Below, one piece after another: positions 33,929 through 36,116 of a stretch of 36,116 nt of DNA. The position numbers and the translations under genes are program-made. How positions within the stretch are numbered: the first letter of the stretch is position 1; the number at the start of each line of letters is the position of its first letter. The DNA is from a virus. The stretch spans positions 1 through 36,116 of the IMG/VR virus record IMGVR_UViG_3300020577_012950; one strand, given 5' to 3'. The notes under the pieces are model-generated. The model ran no database searches. It saw only the letters and a program-made list of their open reading frames with translations, and was not told where the DNA came from.

Positions 33929-34122
33929 GCGATGAGCAGACGCTGCGTGTGATTTCCGACCTGCAGCGGGACTTGGCTGCAGCCAAGGAGGAATCGGAGC
34001 AACGCCGAGTCTTCCTGGTTCAAAACGGAATCGACTTCAAGACCGGTGTACGGCTGTTCGCTAACCAGTGCTGGAGCTGTGGTGGAAAAATCAGACACGA
34101 CGCTGGGTGTCAGGCTCAGTGA
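33922..34122 (+). CDS. Hypothetical protein with coiled coil and CxxC..H..C
   Basis: GAGGT RBS. Confidence 0.65.
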   Translation: MLSDEQTLRVISDLQRDLAAAKEESEQRRVFLVQNGIDFKTGVRLFANQCWSCGGKIRHDAGCQAQ

Positions 34123-34700
34123 ACACGACTGACCGACAGAAGCTCCTGGCCGGCATTCAGACCTTCTTCCGGCTCCGTGAGCCGCTCATCCACGCCACCT
34201 GGAATGCAGTCCGGGGCGACGAGCTGAGCCCTACCGACAGGCTTGAGGCCTTGACCGTCTTCAGAACGGCCTGCACCTGGGAGCCGCTCAAAATCGAGGA
34301 CGTGAAGAAAATCTTCACCTACGCGGACATGCAGGCCCTGCAGCATGGCCGGGCCAGCGATGGTCCACACCCGACCTGCATGCGATGTCTGGTGATGGTC
34401 GACTACAGGCTGGAGAACCCGAAATTCAACTGGAGGAAGGTACACATTGTCCGCCAGTACGGTTCGCCACCTTCCTGGCGGGTCGACTTCCCCGTCGAGC
34501 AGTCAATTTTCTACCGCCAGCCCATGTTTCACTATGGAGACCTGCCACAGGTCCCAGGCGCAGAGCTGATCAAAGACATGGGCCAGGGCGACGGCCGCAC
34601 CTTCTGGACCTCAGACCGCAACGCCAGGCGCATGGACTACCTGCTGCCGACGCTGCAACTACTTTCGAGCTTCAGTCTCGCGGATTCGGTCGAGGACTGA
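34119..34700 (+). CDS. Hypothetical protein
   Basis: GTGA coupling; last plus-strand gene, converging on the protease gene. Confidence 0.65.
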   Translation: MNTTDRQKLLAGIQTFFRLREPLIHATWNAVRGDELSPTDRLEALTVFRTACTWEPLKIEDVKKIFTYADMQALQHGRASDGPHPTCMRCLVMVDYRLENPKFNWRKVHIVRQYGSPPSWRVDFPVEQSIFYRQPMFHYGDLPQVPGAELIKDMGQGDGRTFWTSDRNARRMDYLLPTLQLLSSFSLADSVED

Positions 34701-35381
34701 TTTCAGGGGCGTGCCGAGGCTGATGAGCGGGTACCGGCCGCCACCACGCACCAGCAGCCCCACGACCTTGCCGTTGTGCCAGATGGCGCCGCCACTGTTG
34801 CCACCGTAGGCGCCGGCGCTGGTCAACAGGTAGCCGTCCAGGTAGCCACTGACGTAGCCCTCAGTCACCAGGGCGGTGCGGATGCCCAGGGGGTGGCCGA
34901 CGACCAGGACCTTCTCACCGGCGTCTGGTGCAGCATCTGCAATCTCAGCGACACGGCCTGCGTCGCAGCTGGCCAGGCCAGTCGCCACATCTCGGGTGTC
35001 ACTGACGCCCAGGACCAGGGCTTCAGCCTCGCAAGTCTTCCCGGCTCGGGTTGTGACGGTGATGAGCACCGCGTCCACCCTGACGACACCCAGCGGGCCT
35101 TCGACGAGGGAGCCGACGGCCGGCGTCTCCAGGACATGGTTGGCGGTGAGGAACTTGGAAGTCACAGGCCCGGTCCGAGCATCACTCTTCTCGTAGACGA
35201 CACCGGTACCGGTCCAGCCCGTCTCCATCGGAATCTCAGGGCTTGAGCCGTCAGTCACCAGGGAGCCGGCGATGCTGACGTGGATTTGAACCGTCGAGTC
35301 AAGCATGTCGCCGACGCTCGGTCCAACAGTGGCACAGCCAGAAAACAGGACCAACGACAGGGCGAGAAGCAGTGCTTTCAT
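34659..35381 (-). CDS. Trypsin-like serine protease, predicted lipoprotein
   Basis: Signal peptide with lipobox FSG-C; catalytic LTANHV, RDVA and GNSGG motifs. Confidence 0.88.
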   Translation of the reverse strand: MKALLLALSLVLFSGCATVGPSVGDMLDSTVQIHVSIAGSLVTDGSSPEIPMETGWTGTGVVYEKSDARTGPVTSKFLTANHVLETPAVGSLVEGPLGVVRVDAVLITVTTRAGKTCEAEALVLGVSDTRDVATGLASCDAGRVAEIADAAPDAGEKVLVVGHPLGIRTALVTEGYVSGYLDGYLLTSAGAYGGNSGGAIWHNGKVVGLLVRGGGRYPLISLGTPLKSVLDRIRETEARK

Positions 35382-35401
35382 AGTTCTTATGACCTCAAGA
35401 A

Positions 35402-35701
35402 CTAGATTACCGGCGGCCTCGGACTTTCGGGGTCAAGCGGGTCTTCAGCTGCAGAAAGAGCCTTTTTCGCCACAGATGCTTTCTTGGCGGTAGCCGTCTC
35501 TCCGACCTTGCCGGCCACCCACTTGTTGGCGACGTTGCCGGTCAGGTACGCCACGGTGACAAACTCCAGGATGCCGGAGAACGTCTCAAACATGGCTTTG
35601 AGGGCTGGGAGGTGCGTAGCGGCGAGGACCGCGTACAGGAAGGCCACGGCGACGACGCCAACCGCGAACCAGAACTTCTTGCTGCCGTACCCGTCGAGCA
35701 T
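35402..35701 (-). CDS. Holin-like 2-TM membrane protein
   Basis: SKKFW followed by two TM segments and a basic tail. Confidence 0.55.
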   Translation of the reverse strand: MLDGYGSKKFWFAVGVVAVAFLYAVLAATHLPALKAMFETFSGILEFVTVAYLTGNVANKWVAGKVGETATAKKASVAKKALSAAEDPLDPESPRPPVI

Positions 35702-36078
35702 TACGGGTTCCAGGCTTTCAACAGAGCGGTGATGCCCTCTTTGAGAGCGACTCCGCCGACGCCGGTGCCGGCCAGGAGGACAGCGATTTTTCCGACCTGG
35801 AAGAGCAGCTTCTGCCGCTCGGCGAGGATGACGGTCTGTACTGTCTTAGGCAGAGACTCGTCGGCAGTCTTCTTAGCCGCCTCGACGTGCTCTTCCAGGA
35901 GATTCGTACGGCGGATGTGCTCTTCCAGGAGGCCCTGCTGCTTGATTTGGACCTTGTCGAAGCCGTCCATGCGGTCATCAAGACCGTCAAGCTTGGTGTC
36001 AAACCTGTCCATCTTGCCGTCGATTCGAGACAGTGCCTCGACGATGAGCTGGTTTCCGAGTTCTTTGTCGCTGGGCAT
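35701..36078 (-). CDS. Coiled-coil protein with C-terminal TM (lysis-cassette type)
   Basis: Heptad repeats (IDGKMDRFDTKLDGLDDRMD), EHIRRT and a C-terminal hydrophobic segment; GAGGA RBS. Confidence 0.65.
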   Translation of the reverse strand: MPSDKELGNQLIVEALSRIDGKMDRFDTKLDGLDDRMDGFDKVQIKQQGLLEEHIRRTNLLEEHVEAAKKTADESLPKTVQTVILAERQKLLFQVGKIAVLLAGTGVGGVALKEGITALLKAWNP

Positions 36079-36116
36079 CGGGTTGAGTTCCTCTCCGCAG
36101 AGAAGATTGCTGTCTC

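Noticed and set aside
1-36116. Genome-wide stop-codon reassignment
   Set aside because: Genes are intact and tightly packed under the standard code, and TAA, TAG and TGA all end credible genes.

Overview
A GC-rich segment of a large tailed-phage genome, probably with a contractile tail. Minus-strand late genes sit at both edges. On the left are a spike, baseplate hub, tape measure, an inserted HNH gene and tail chaperones (1-6952). On the right are a trypsin-like lipoprotein and holin-like membrane proteins (34659-36078). Between them is a ~27.5 kb plus-strand block of densely overlapping genes driven by many sigma70-type promoters, many apparently making leaderless mRNAs. The block carries an RNA and protein quality-control toolkit: an ARC/Mpa-like AAA unfoldase, a Ro60/TROVE protein, tmRNA, a Thg1-like enzyme, an Rnl1-type RNA ligase, a P-loop kinase, a Pol-beta-type nucleotidyltransferase and RNase HI. 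The main result is the ~1 kb after the Ro60 gene (10497-11468), which folds by eye into eight structured RNAs. Five share a GAATGC..TAC / GTC putative Ro-binding module: two minimal Y RNAs, two YrlA-type RNAs, and one circularly permuted form in which a normally ended tRNA carries the Y module in its anticodon loop. The other three are two tRNA-shaped RNAs with an extra hairpin in place of the anticodon loop and a 6S-RNA-like rod. All structures and protein calls come from manual reading; no searches were run.
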